A DNA stretch of 63,817 nucleotides, counting the filler, from Octopus bimaculoides (Eukaryota): assembly GCF_001194135.2 (NCBI RefSeq). It is 6 parts of 5 records of this genome, joined end to end, with 100 filler letters (N's around TTAATTAATTAA, not from the genome) between each part and the next. Parts side by side here need not be neighbours in the genome. Positions count along the whole stretch, not along the records: positions 1 to 27,376 come from NC_068984.1; 5 more parts are not named here. The stretch is one strand, 5' to 3'. Position numbers and translations under genes: made by a program. This document shows positions 1-10,558 of this stretch, piece by piece. Every line of letters begins with the position of its first letter. Position 1 is the first letter of the stretch. The notes under the pieces were generated by a model that was given only the letters and a program-made list of their open reading frames with translations, was not told the DNA's origin and made no database searches.

Positions 1-231
1 TAACCTCTGTGAATTCGAGGAACAATGTGTCTGTAGATGGCATGCCACGACATGTTTTGGATGTGCGCAGGATCATCACTGCGACGGAGGATGGGGCCAA
101 CAGTAACGGACAAGAGAACGAAGCCGGCAGCAACATGCCAGGAACTGAGGCCAGTCCTGAAGTCCTACGGCAGTCACAGAGGGAGTGGTGCCCTCCTCAC
201 TGGTTGGCTGATTACGAGACAAGTTAAGGCG
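1..231 (+). mobile_element. Ty3/Gypsy-type LTR retrotransposon, integrase C-terminal tail (left copy, runs off the window start)
   Basis: Encodes ...SVNSRNNVSVDGMPRHVLDVRRI...PPHWLADYETS*. It is the reverse complement of 4141-4371 (5 differences in 231 bp by my comparison), which continues into a DDE integrase. Confidence 0.88.
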
Positions 232-510
232 TGTGGTCGGGGTTGAGAAGAGTGTGCACCCTTAACGCAGTTCTCGGGTAGATTCAGCGTGACACAGAAT
301 GTGACAAGGTTGGCGTTTTGAAATACAGGTACAACAGAAACAGAAAGAAAAAGGAAAAGAATACAGTAGGGTTCGCTACAACGCCTTGACGGAGCCTTGT
401 GGAGGTATTTTTCGCTCAATAAACACTCACAACGCCTGATCTAGGATTCGAAAAGCGATCCTATGATCGTCAGTCCGCTGCCCTAACCACTAGGCCATTG
501 CACTTCCACG
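232..510 (-). mobile_element. tRNA-derived SINE (5' part, antisense) fused to the first ~21 bp of the Gypsy 3' LTR; mirror copy about 3847-4140
   Basis: TGTGGTCGGGGTTGAGAAGAG directly follows the Gypsy stop codon, then joins the reverse complement of the SINE body and tRNA-like head (A- and B-box-like motifs). Confidence 0.75.
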
Positions 511-656
511 TAAGCATGTCTAGATATGCAACTATATGCATGAGAGTACATACATAAAACATACAAATCTACACATACATACAAACATGCATACATACAT
601 ACATACACACATACACATACATACATACATACATACATGCATTTGATCATTTAAAC

Positions 657-979
657 TTAACAGCCTGCTCGTGCAAGTGACTGAGAACTCCACAGACACG
701 TGTACCCATAACGTAGTTCTCGGGTAGATTCAGCGTGACACAGAGTGTGACAAGGCTGGCGCTTTAAAATACAGGTACAACAGAAACAGGAAGAAAGAGT
801 GAGAGAAAGTTGTAGTAAAAGAATACAGCAGGGTTCGCCACCATCCCCTGCCGGATCCTCGTGGGGCTTTAGGTGTTTTTCGCTCAATATACACTCACAA
901 GGCCTGGTCTGGGAATCGAAACCGCGATCCTATGCCCGCGAGTCCGCTGCCCTATCTACTGGGCCATTGCGCCTCCACA
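657..979 (-). mobile_element. tRNA-derived SINE; mirror copy 3481-3800 (+)
   Basis: On the plus-strand copy the head reads GGAGGCGCAATGGCCCAGTAG...GGTTTCGATTCCC (A-box and B-box-like), followed by a non-tRNA body. Confidence 0.85.
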
Positions 980-1094
980 TGAGCATGTCTAGATATGCAA
1001 TTATATGCATGAGAATATACACATAAAACATACAAATCTGCACATACATACATACACACATACAGACAGACAGACATACATACATACATACATA

Positions 1095-1330
1095 TGTTAA
1101 CATATGATAAATGTGCAGTTAATCTATTCAGATTACAAGTTAAGGTTTTTACCTGTAATTATTGGGGACCTGGGATATGTAACACACTGCCTAAATACCA
1201 ATCTTGAGAAATTGGGCTTTTCAGGACTAGAAAGGAGAAAGCCAATTCGAAGATTACAAATCCGATCCATCACTGGAACTGTAAAAATCTGTAAATCCTT
1301 CCAGAAGTTTATCAATTAAATATATATGGG
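1095..1330 (+). mobile_element. R4/Dong-like non-LTR retrotransposon, C-terminal RLE fragment; mirror copy about 3160-3410
   Basis: INVQLIYSDYKLRFLPVIIGDLGYVTHCLNTNLEKLGF..., paralogous to 1625-2195. Confidence 0.8.
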
Positions 1331-1624
1331 CATGTCTCGTGGCACTCTGTCGGTTACGACGACTAGGAATCCAGTTGATCCAATCAGCGGAACAGCTTGC
1401 TCGTGAAATTAACGTGCGAGTGGCTGAGCACTTCACAGACACGTGTACCCTTAACGTAGTTCTCGGGCATGATAATACATATGAATGAGAATACATACAT
1501 AAAACATACATGTCTGCACATACATAAATACATACATACATACATACATACATACATACATACATACATACCCTGTTGTTGATGTTGAAATTCCAATGAA
1601 GGAACCTTGGATCTAGGTTAGAAA

Positions 1625-2195
1625 TCCGTCGGAAGGATAATCCCGAGGACAAAGAAATAAAAACCCACAATATGTTAGAAGCCATAGTCACTCATAATAA
1701 AAAGGAATACTTGTGGAATGTACCAGTGAAGACCTCAATAAAATGTAAGCGCAACAGACCTGATATAATGATTTGGGATAGAGAAGAGAAACTGTTCATA
1801 GCCGTAGAAATTAGCTGCTCAGCGGATGCTAACATAAAGCTGAAGATCTGTGAAAAAGAGAACATCTATACTGAACTATTGATAAATGTGTAGTTACTCT
1901 ATCCAGATTACAAGTTCAGGTTTATACCTGTAATTATTGGGCCCTGTAACACACTGCTTAAATACCAATCTTGAGAAATTGGGCTTCTCAGGAGTAGACA
2001 GGGGAATGCTAATTTGCAGACTACAGATCCTATCCATCACTGGAACCGTAAAAATCTGTAAATTTTTCCAGAAGTTTAACATTGAAATATATATGAGCAT
2101 GTCTAGATATGTAACTATATGCATGAGAATACATACACAAAGCACACAAATCTGCACATATGTACATACATACATACATACATACATACATACAT
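1625..2195 (+). mobile_element. R4/Dong-like LINE 3' end: PD-(D/E)xK endonuclease, 3' UTR and (TACA)n tail; mirror copy about 2431-2890
   Basis: KEYLWNVPVKTSIKCKRNRPDIMIWDREEKLFIAVEISCSADANI...IPVIIGP. The RPD...E motif is typical of RLE LINEs. In-frame stops are present. Confidence 0.85.
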
Positions 2196-4140
2196 AGGGC
2201 GATCAGCGACGAGTCGCATTTTTGGCGTGAGGGACTAGTTATCGAGAATACGATGAATATTATCCCTGACATTGAAGCCACAAATATCNNNNNNNNNNNN
2301 NNNNNNNNNNNNNNNNNNNNNNNNNNNNNNNNNNNNNNNNNNNNNNNNNNNNNNNNNNNNNNNNNNNNNNNNNNNNNNNNNNNNNNNNCATTCGTCACCG
2401 TTTCTCCTTTTGGGTTCGCACGGTCGTTCTTACATATACTTCTGGAAAGATTTACAGATTTTTACGGTTCCAGTGATGGATAGGATCTGTAGTCTGCAAA
2501 TTAGCTTTCCCCTGTCTATTCCTGAGAAGCCCAATTTCTCAAGATTGGTATTTAGGCAGTGTGTTACATATCCCATGGACCAATAATTACAAGTATAAAC
2601 CTGAACTTGTAATCTGGATAGAGTAACTACACATTTATCAATAGTTCAGTATAGATGTTCTCTTTTCACAGATCTTCAGCTTTATGTTAGCATCTGCTGA
2701 GCAGCTAATTTCTACGACTATGAACAGTTTCTCTTCTCTATCCCAAATCATTATATCAGGTCTGTTGCGCTTACATTTTATTGAGGTCTTCACTGGTACA
2801 TTCCACAAGTATTCCTTTTTATTATGAGTGACTATGGCTTCTAACATATTGTGGGTTTTTATTTCGTTGTCCTCGGGATTATCCTTCCGACGGATTTCTA
2901 ACCTAGACCCAAGGTTCCTTCATTGGAATTTCAACATCAACAACAGGGTATGTATGTATGTATGTATGTATGTATGTATGTGCAGGCATGTATATTTTAT
3001 GTATGTATTCTCATGCATATGTATTATCATGACCGAGAACTACGTTAAGGGTACACGTGTCTGTGAAGTGCTCAGCCACTCGCACGTTAATTTCACGAGC
3101 AAGCTGTTCCGCTGATCGGATCAACTGGATTCCTAGTCGTTGTAACTGACGGAGTGCCACGAGACATGCCCATATATATTTAAATGAATGATAAACTTCT
3201 GGAAGGTTTTAAAGATTTTTACAGTTCCAGTGATGGATCGGATTTGTAGTCTTCGAATTGGCTTTCTCCTTTCTAGTCCTGAAAAGCCCAATTTCTCAAG
3301 ATTGGTATTTAGGCAGTATGTTACATATCCCAGGGCCCAATAATTACAGGTATATACCTTAACTTGTAATCTGGATAGATTAACTGCACATTTATCATAT
3401 GTTAACATATGTATGTATGTGCAGATTTGTATGTTTTATGTGTATTCTCATGCATATAATTGCATATCTAGACATGCTCATGTGGAGGCGCAATGGCCCA
3501 GTAGATAGGGCAGCGGACTCGCGGGCATAGGATCGCGGTTTCGATTCCCAGATCAGGCCTTGTGAGTGTATATTGAGCGAAAAACACCTAAAGCCCCACG
3601 AGGATCCGGCAGGGGATGGTGGCGAACCCTGCTGTATTCTTTTACTACAACTTTCTCTCACTCTTTCTTCCTGTTTCTGTTGTACCAGTATTTCAAAGCG
3701 CCAGCCTTGTCACATTGTGTCACGCTGAATGTGCCCGAGAACTACGTTATGGGTACACGTGTCTGTGGAGTTCTCAGCCACTTGCACGAGCTGGCTGTTA
3801 AGTTTAAATGATCAAATGCATATAGTTGCATATCTAGACATGCTTACGTGGAGGTGCAATGGCCTAGTGGGTAGGGCAGTGGACTGGCGATCATAGTGTC
3901 GCTTTTCGAATCCTAGATCAGGCGTTGTGAGTGTTTATTGAGCGAAAAATACCTCCACAAGGCTCCGTCAAGGCGTTGTGGCGAACCCTACTGTATTCTT
4001 TCACCACAACTTTCTCTCCTCTTTCTTTCTGTTTCTGTTGTACCTGTATTTTAAAGCGCCAGCCTTGTCACACTCTGTGTCACGCTGAATCTACCCGAGA
4101 ACTGCGTTAAGGGTACACCCTCTTCTCAACCCCGACCACA

Positions 4141-5754
4141 AGCCTTAACTTGTCTCGTAATCAGCCAACCAGTGAGGAGAGCACCACTCCCTCTGTGACT
4201 GCCGTAGGACTTCAGGACTGGCCTCAGTTCCTGGCATGTTGCTGCCGGCTTCGTTCTCTTGTCCGTTACTTTTGGCCCCATCCTCCGTCGCAGTGATGAT
4301 CCTGCACACATCCAAAACATATCGTGGCATGCCATCTACAGACACATTGTTCCTCGAATTCACAGAGGTTATTGTCCCATTTCCCCACTGTGATGTGCAC
4401 CGCGCATTTGGGGGTTTAACCCAGACTTCTCCCCGACCTGCACAAAAGCATGCTCTTTTTTTCTGCGGGATGCGTCGATGCGATACATGGATGTCTCCAC
4501 TCGTACTTGAATATTGCCTTGTGTGGCACTGACTCCTCAGCCTGTCCCCTCCTGGGCGATATATTATATCAAAAAACGGTCTCAACCGATGAAATGTGGC
4601 CCCTCTCTGCTATGGTCTTGATGGTACGATGATGCCTCTCCACAACCCCATTGCCACTTGACCGGTATGCAGCCCTGAAGAAACGGCTGACATACCACTT
4701 GTCAAGCATTTCCCCCAGCACCTCCGAGCGAAACACAGTGCCATTGTTTATAAGCACCTCATCCACGGGGCCTCGTTCTAGGAATATCTCATTCAGTATT
4801 CTTGTGATTTCCTCCGCGGTCCCCGTCTTCATCTCCCTCCATATGGCCAACCGTCCTGGTCCGCATCGAGAAGTATGTCCCCTGCCAGTAGTGCGTCACG
4901 TCCACTGCCAGTCGTTTCCATTTGTGTTCCACTTGAATGCTTCCTGCCTCATGCACACCCGGAGCAAAGTCAATGGGCTGGAACCTGCTGCAGCTCCCAA
5001 CTGCTCTTTGCACACTCTGCCTGCTCACGTCAGAGTCGACTTTCCTGGCTAGGAACAGGGTCCTGTCCACCCCCATATGATGCATGGTATGTAATCTACT
5101 CCAGGCCTGGGTTCCTTGCAGTCTCTCGCTTTGTGCAAACCCTGACACCGAAAACACTGCCCTTTGAAGGGTCGCACACGTTCCTTGTTTGACTCCTCTC
5201 CGCCGCTCTTTGTTTGACCCCTTTTCGGTGTTGCAGTCGCTGCTAAAGGTGTCGTCCTGCAACACGAGACGATGGCTCTAGCCCGAGATATTACCTCTCC
5301 CATCACCATGGAGTGAATATTCCGCAGCTTTTGCAGTTCGACCGACACGTAGTAAGGAAATCCTGTGACAAAGGCTAATTTAACGGTTTGTTCCAACGCG
5401 TCATCTCTATATCCCACGAGTCTAGCCAATCTCCTGATTTCGTTGGAAAACACATCGACCTGTTTGCCCATCCACTTCGCTTTCCCAGTCGACCAAATGC
5501 CATAAATGGCCCTTCTGCGAAAGCCTCCATCAGCTGGCCTTCTATTTTTTCTGCGCTCAACTGGTCCTTCTCTTCCATTTCCAGTTATAGCGCCATCGAG
5601 GTACAGCAATATGAAACTCACTAGATCATCTATACCTTGGATTCTTGCCACCAATGTAACCTTTTGCAGCCAAGCAGTGACATCTCTCTCGCCACAAAAT
5701 GGCCTAACCGTCTCATTTGAAACATGGACCATACCCATCATTTTTTTCTCTTGA
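4141..5754 (-). mobile_element. Internally deleted Ty3/Gypsy element: gag (zinc knuckle) joined directly to integrase, with protease, RT and RNase H missing; frameshifted
   Basis: gag ...VRPFCGERDVTAWLQKV..., knuckle CFRCQGLHKARDC; integrase HTMHHMGVDRT, LAVDVTHY, DEVLINNGTVF, AYRSSGNGVVERHHRTIK, VWVKPPNARCTSQWG. Confidence 0.9.
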
Positions 5755-7699
5755 GCACATCACAGTGGGGAAATGGGACAATAACCACCACCACCACCAC
5801 AATTGCTGTAAAACCACCCAGTCACAAAACTCACTACCAGTATTACTTACTCTTGATGTTTATATTTAACTAAGCCTATTAAATATAACAATATTTACAG
5901 TGGATTAAAGAGCTAACACAATTTTTAAAGTAGGCTCTTTATTCATCTCTCCACTATTTTCATTCAATTCCTTTCTCCTCAGAACAAACAATTTTGAATC
6001 TTCACCTTGATCATATCTTTTCTGCTGGTGTTAACTGAAAATTTAAGGCATCAGCCATCATGATCTCAGAAAGCCTGCAAAGATCAGAGGCATTGTCCTT
6101 TTCTAGACTCAGCAAGTAAAAAAGTGACATTCAATTTTTAATTTCCATAATATATTTTAACCATAATATAAAACAGTAATTGCACATCATAGAAATTTTA
6201 TTATAAAATTATATGTTCTATAATATAGTTAATAATGTTTTGTATCTTATAATAATTCTGCTTATTCCTCTGTTACTTAGCCTGTCCATAACACTTTCAT
6301 GTGGTTAGTTGAAAGGAAAGACGAAGGGCAAGAGAAAAAGAGGGTAAGGTGAAGACTGAGAGAGAAAGAGTGAGAGTGCTATAAAATTGTGCATAAAGTA
6401 TATAATATAAAGTGTATATATAAAGTACATTAAGTAATCACCATGTTTCAATTACCTTCACTTTTTAATGAATAGCAGATGAGCAATTATCTTTTGATAC
6501 AGACACAACATAGACTATACTCTCAGATTTTTTGGATGAAGTTTTCAGAAATAACCCAATAAGTTTACCATTAACTCCATAAAATATTCTCAGGTCCTAC
6601 TAGTTTGAATACAAATGATACTCAAATAATAATATAATTTTATACAAAGAAAAAAAAAACCCAATGCAATCACAAAAGCTTGTAATTTATTTCAACATAA
6701 TATTTATGGGCACTGGAGGATTTCTGTTTGTGACTAATACAGATGACACCAAAACTAATAGCATAATCCATAGATGCCTTTGAAGTAATAATAAAAATGG
6801 TATGAAAGATAAAAGATGGCATTGAAAAAGTGGATGATTAGAAAAAGAATAAAGTGCATAATTAGTCAGATACTAATATATTGAAAGCCTTCTTGCTGTA
6901 CATGCAGGAACATATTTTAAAATGATGGGCAATTAATAACTAGCCTTATGAGTAATCATTGTAAAGTTATATTATTTGTGATGAAAGCAGCAGATATTTT
7001 GAGAATTATGTGAACTTTTGATTCAATTGTAGTAACTGTCTTTTAGGAGAATTGTGTTTAATTATATAATTGCAGCTAAAAGCATTTTTGCTAGATGAAC
7101 ATAGAATAAAACTAGATGAAAAAAATACAAGAGGAAACAAGAATAATTTGTAAAATGGCATAAATAAAGAAATGTTGACAGTCAATCCCAGACCACTAAA
7201 ATATAAAGTTCCCTGGTGGTATAAACTTAGAGCATAAATGGCATGGTATTTTCTTATCCTATCAACAACAAAAGCAGCAACAACATTAATATCCACAGCA
7301 AGAAAACAAAGAATATGAATAAGAATATTAGCAAATTTTTATTGGCTCAAAATAGGGATAGTTCAAAGACTAAATAAGAATGAAAACTAAAGTTAAAAAA
7401 GAAACACTTAGAGTTTACATTCATTAAAAGGGTCAGGTCAGCAATAACAATAAAAGCTTTAATAAACAGATGAGAAAAACAATAATAACAATGTAGAAAA
7501 ACAGTAATAAAAGTAATAACTTGTAGAGACATTTAACATACTTGAATGGTCAGAATGCTATCCATTGGCACAGACTAAATAACCATGGATTAAATCAAAT
7601 AAATTATGAAAGTATAGAAAAATAACTGTGTAAACAAATGAAGTATTAATTTGCTTATAAAACTGACTGATTTATAAGTTACATAATCAAGGTATTACA

Positions 7700-8640
7700 A
7701 ATATTGGCCAGGTGATCATCAAACATCCTAACTGCCTTTTCCCCTCTGAATTTCAATGAAATATTTGCCTTGGTCTTCTTAACGTACGACCGACCCACTG
7801 ATTACATTTTGCTATTTCTTGGTGATGGATTCCTTGGTGTTTGACATTCACAGGTTTTTAATATCTAATTTTTAGAATGGTTTTGAGGCACCTTTTTTGT
7901 GACTGGAACTTTCTGAGGAGATTTGTTCATTTGTCATGATTTAGTAACCTGTAGTTGGATGGTTTAATGTTGTTAAAGAAAATTCTCAGCTTACTATGCC
8001 TGGACAAAGCCTTGAAGCCTGACTAACTTTTCAAAACTCAGATGTCCTTTTCTGTACTTTCAGTTACAGTACATGCATGAAACACTTAATTTCATTCAAC
8101 ATGTAATTTTCATGGTTTGAATTTTTATGATTTCTGTCTTCCAAATGTTAACCCTCAGTTTAGTTTTCACTACTTTCTCTGTTAGCTTGTCTGTCTTTCT
8201 CTGTATGTCTTGAACTTTTGAGACCTCAAGAAATGTCTTGATTCTCTAAGCCAGGGGTTTTCAAACTGTGGTCCGCGGACCACAGGGAGTCCGCAAGGAC
8301 AAGACAGGGGGTCCGTGGACAGCAAATACTTTTTATGGGCAATTTGATTTTATATATGTTTTTTAATCGAAATCTTTTAATTGACAATAAACCTATTTGT
8401 TAAATACTGTTAAATAAATAAATGAAAAAATATATGTTATTTTAAGCAAATGTTTATGTATAAATTTCATAAGTGTTTATCAAGGGGTCTCTAAGGTAAA
8501 GCCTGAAATATAAAGGGGTCCACGAGTCAAAAAGTTTGAAAACCCCTGCTCTAAGCTACTTTTCTACCTATTATATGCTTTCTCTTTTGGTCTATGTAGT
8601 TTGATGCAATATCAAGAAGATCATTGACAATAATAAACAT
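7700..8640 (-). mobile_element. Degraded RTE-type LINE RT C-terminal fragment, interrupted by a hAT MITE
   Basis: Hand translation of the minus strand gives ...KRCLKTILKIRY*...NQWVGRTLRRP, resembling the RTE CLR.IL.I.W and WIGHTLR motifs, with many stops. Confidence 0.5.
8252..8548. mobile_element. hAT (Charlie-like) MITE, 297 bp
   Basis: Perfect 16-bp TIRs CAGGGGTTTTCAAACT and perfect 8-bp TSD CTCTAAGC (8244-8251 and 8549-8556). Confidence 0.95.
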
Positions 8641-9027
8641 CCAGCTTTTACCTCAAGAGGTTTCAGCCATTAGGCAACACTTGACAAGAGGCGTCTTTAT
8701 AAAGCTTCTGAATGAACATTTTGAGGATTCCACTGTGGTGGAATTGACCCTAAATTACTTTGCTATGGTGGTCATCAATTTGTAGTACAGAAATGCATAT
8801 TATTGAGTAAATAACAAATCGGTACTATCATTTCCTGTTCAATAATTACATATTTATTATTTTTCATTGTGTCAGTTTAACCAAACAGCTTCTGACAAAT
8901 TACAAATACTAGATGTTTCCAAGTGTTGCAATCAGTTGTTCTTTTTGCTGTTGCTCACTGATCAAACCTAATCAAGCAGATCTATGATTGAAACATTCTA
9001 GCTGTGACCATCCTGTATTTTCATATA

Positions 9028-9500
9028 TCATTTACCACATTCTCCAATGTAACTTTGTTTTGGGATGATATATAGTGATTTGAAGGAGGGTTGGATGCTA
9101 TCTTTTGCAGGTTGACTGATTGAAAAGAGGATCCTTGCTTGCATGTAAGAAGTATGATTGTCTAATTGCTCAAGGACATCATCTGCATAAAGGAATATGC
9201 GGTTGAATGGAGGCTGGGAGTTGATGAAGTTTATCGCAGAATATGCAAAGATATCAAGTTTTGAAGAACTCATTAGCAAATTGCCAATAAATAAACTTTT
9301 GCTGAAAATGTCAACAGAAATCTTGTGGAGTGGCCTTTTAAAGACACCCACACCACCAAAATGACTGGATTATTCTCCTCCATGTATAAAGTATGTAACA
9401 TTTCCCGCACTATTTTTCTGATCAACATGGTCATATTCAGAATAGGCTGTGTAAATGTATATATCTGAGGATGGCTTGGAAGCAAGGCCACTTGTTCAAT
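9028..9500 (-). mobile_element. Possible decayed non-LTR RT fragment
   Basis: The RIFLYADDVL (YADD) motif is present in a broken frame. No other RT motif was confidently recognised. Confidence 0.35.
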
Positions 9501-9814
9501 AACGTTAAGACACTAGATTTTCATGTTGCCAACAGTAAGACCAGCACTTTTGGGTTGTATGCAGCTGATCCCATATCTGCAGTTTAATCTAAGACCAAAA
9601 CATGTCAGGAGTAGTCCTTCTTAGCTGCCAGGAAACATTATAATAATATTAATATTATCCTTTCATCACTGTGTACTTATCTGTAATTAGCTTTTTAATG
9701 CTCAAAGTATTAGATATATTCACACTAGCTTAATTATTGCTTTTATGTACATAGCATTTCAGTAATTTCTCTGAATAATTTACTTTCTAAAAGGCAAAAA
9801 GGCAATTTGTAGTA

Positions 9815-10433
9815 CCGTATATACTTGGCTATAAGTTGCACTTTTTTCCCTGAAATTTTTGCCTGAAGTTGGGGGTGTGACTTTTAAGCGTATCCTATAA
9901 AAATATCTTTAGATATTTTCTAGGTACAAGCCATGTTAGAAGTTCCAACACTTGGAATAATTGAAAAAACCCGAACCGCTAATTCTGAAGTCAAGAAGTA
10001 CACGGAAGATAATCTTTAGATATTTCTTTATATCTTTCATTACTTCTGTTAGTATGAAATAAACAATTAATTTTAAAAAAGTGAGTTTAATGCTTGTTTT
10101 TTTTTTGTACCATAACTGTCTTTCTTTAATTCGATATAAGGCATAAATCAGAAAGTAAAGGGAAAGTATCGAAGCAATTAAGTCTCAGTATGATGAACAA
10201 GTCAGCTAGCATAATCAGCGGTTTGTAAAATGCATGGGCTTAATGGGATAACAGTTGTTGTAAGTCATCTTCAGCTTACTGAAAGCTCACGAACAACAAC
10301 TATGTCTGTGTGATTCCTAATAGAACTTTGCTCTTCAACATCAAAAATGTTGCTGCAACTTATAGTCAGGTCAGTGATAAAATTCCTGATCTGAACCAAG
10401 TTGGAGGTGCATCTTATAGATGAGTATATATGG
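9815..10433. mobile_element. Tc1/mariner-superfamily (pogo-like) non-autonomous element, about 620 bp
   Basis: Imperfect ~21-bp TIRs (CCGTATATACTTGGCTATAAG and CTTATAGATGAGTATATATGG) with TA dinucleotides at 9813-9814 and 10434-10435. Confidence 0.75.
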
Positions 10434-10522
10434 TATTTATAGTTGTGTATATATGGTATTTTGATTTTAGAAAATAAATGTTAACATACATACACACCAC
10501 CCATATGTGTGTGTGTGTTCCT

Positions 10523-10528
10523 TTTATT
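10523..10528 (-). terminator. Candidate polyadenylation signal (AATAAA) of the HtrL-like gene
   Basis: AATAAA on the minus strand about 30 nt after the TAA stop. The context is AT-rich, so chance occurrence is possible. Confidence 0.35.
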
Positions 10529-10558
10529 TTATATACATATATGTACATATTAATCAAA

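Larger units (their letters stand above)
1..4371. repeat. Large inverted duplication: left arm about 1-2070, right arm about 2437-4371, short spacer containing an N gap
   Basis: Position 1 pairs with 4371. The Gypsy tail, SINEs, LINE fragments and TACA tracts recur in mirror order on the opposite strand, with private SNPs and indels in each arm. Confidence 0.93.

Noticed and set aside
2195-2430. GC-richer palindrome spacer (RAISDESHFWREGLV...) as a DDE transposase or foreign fragment
   Set aside because: Only about 30 codons beside a gap. The SDE.HF resemblance is too short to support a call.
3484-3558. tRNA gene
   Set aside because: It has A/B boxes but no complete cloverleaf and continues into a SINE body. 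The same applies to the other tRNA-like heads in the window.
6977-6992. 16-bp match (TGTGATGAAAGCAGCA) to 58328-58343 (-) containing a box C-like motif (snoRNA)
   Set aside because: A match of this length is expected by chance in 64 kb of AT-rich DNA, and box D spacing and terminal stems are not convincing.
6700-7560. Hydrophobic minus-strand ORFs (7006-7296, 7347-7532) as a NUMT or membrane protein
   Set aside because: T-rich strand bias yields hydrophobic codons in every frame. No mitochondrial or GPCR motif was recognised under either genetic code.
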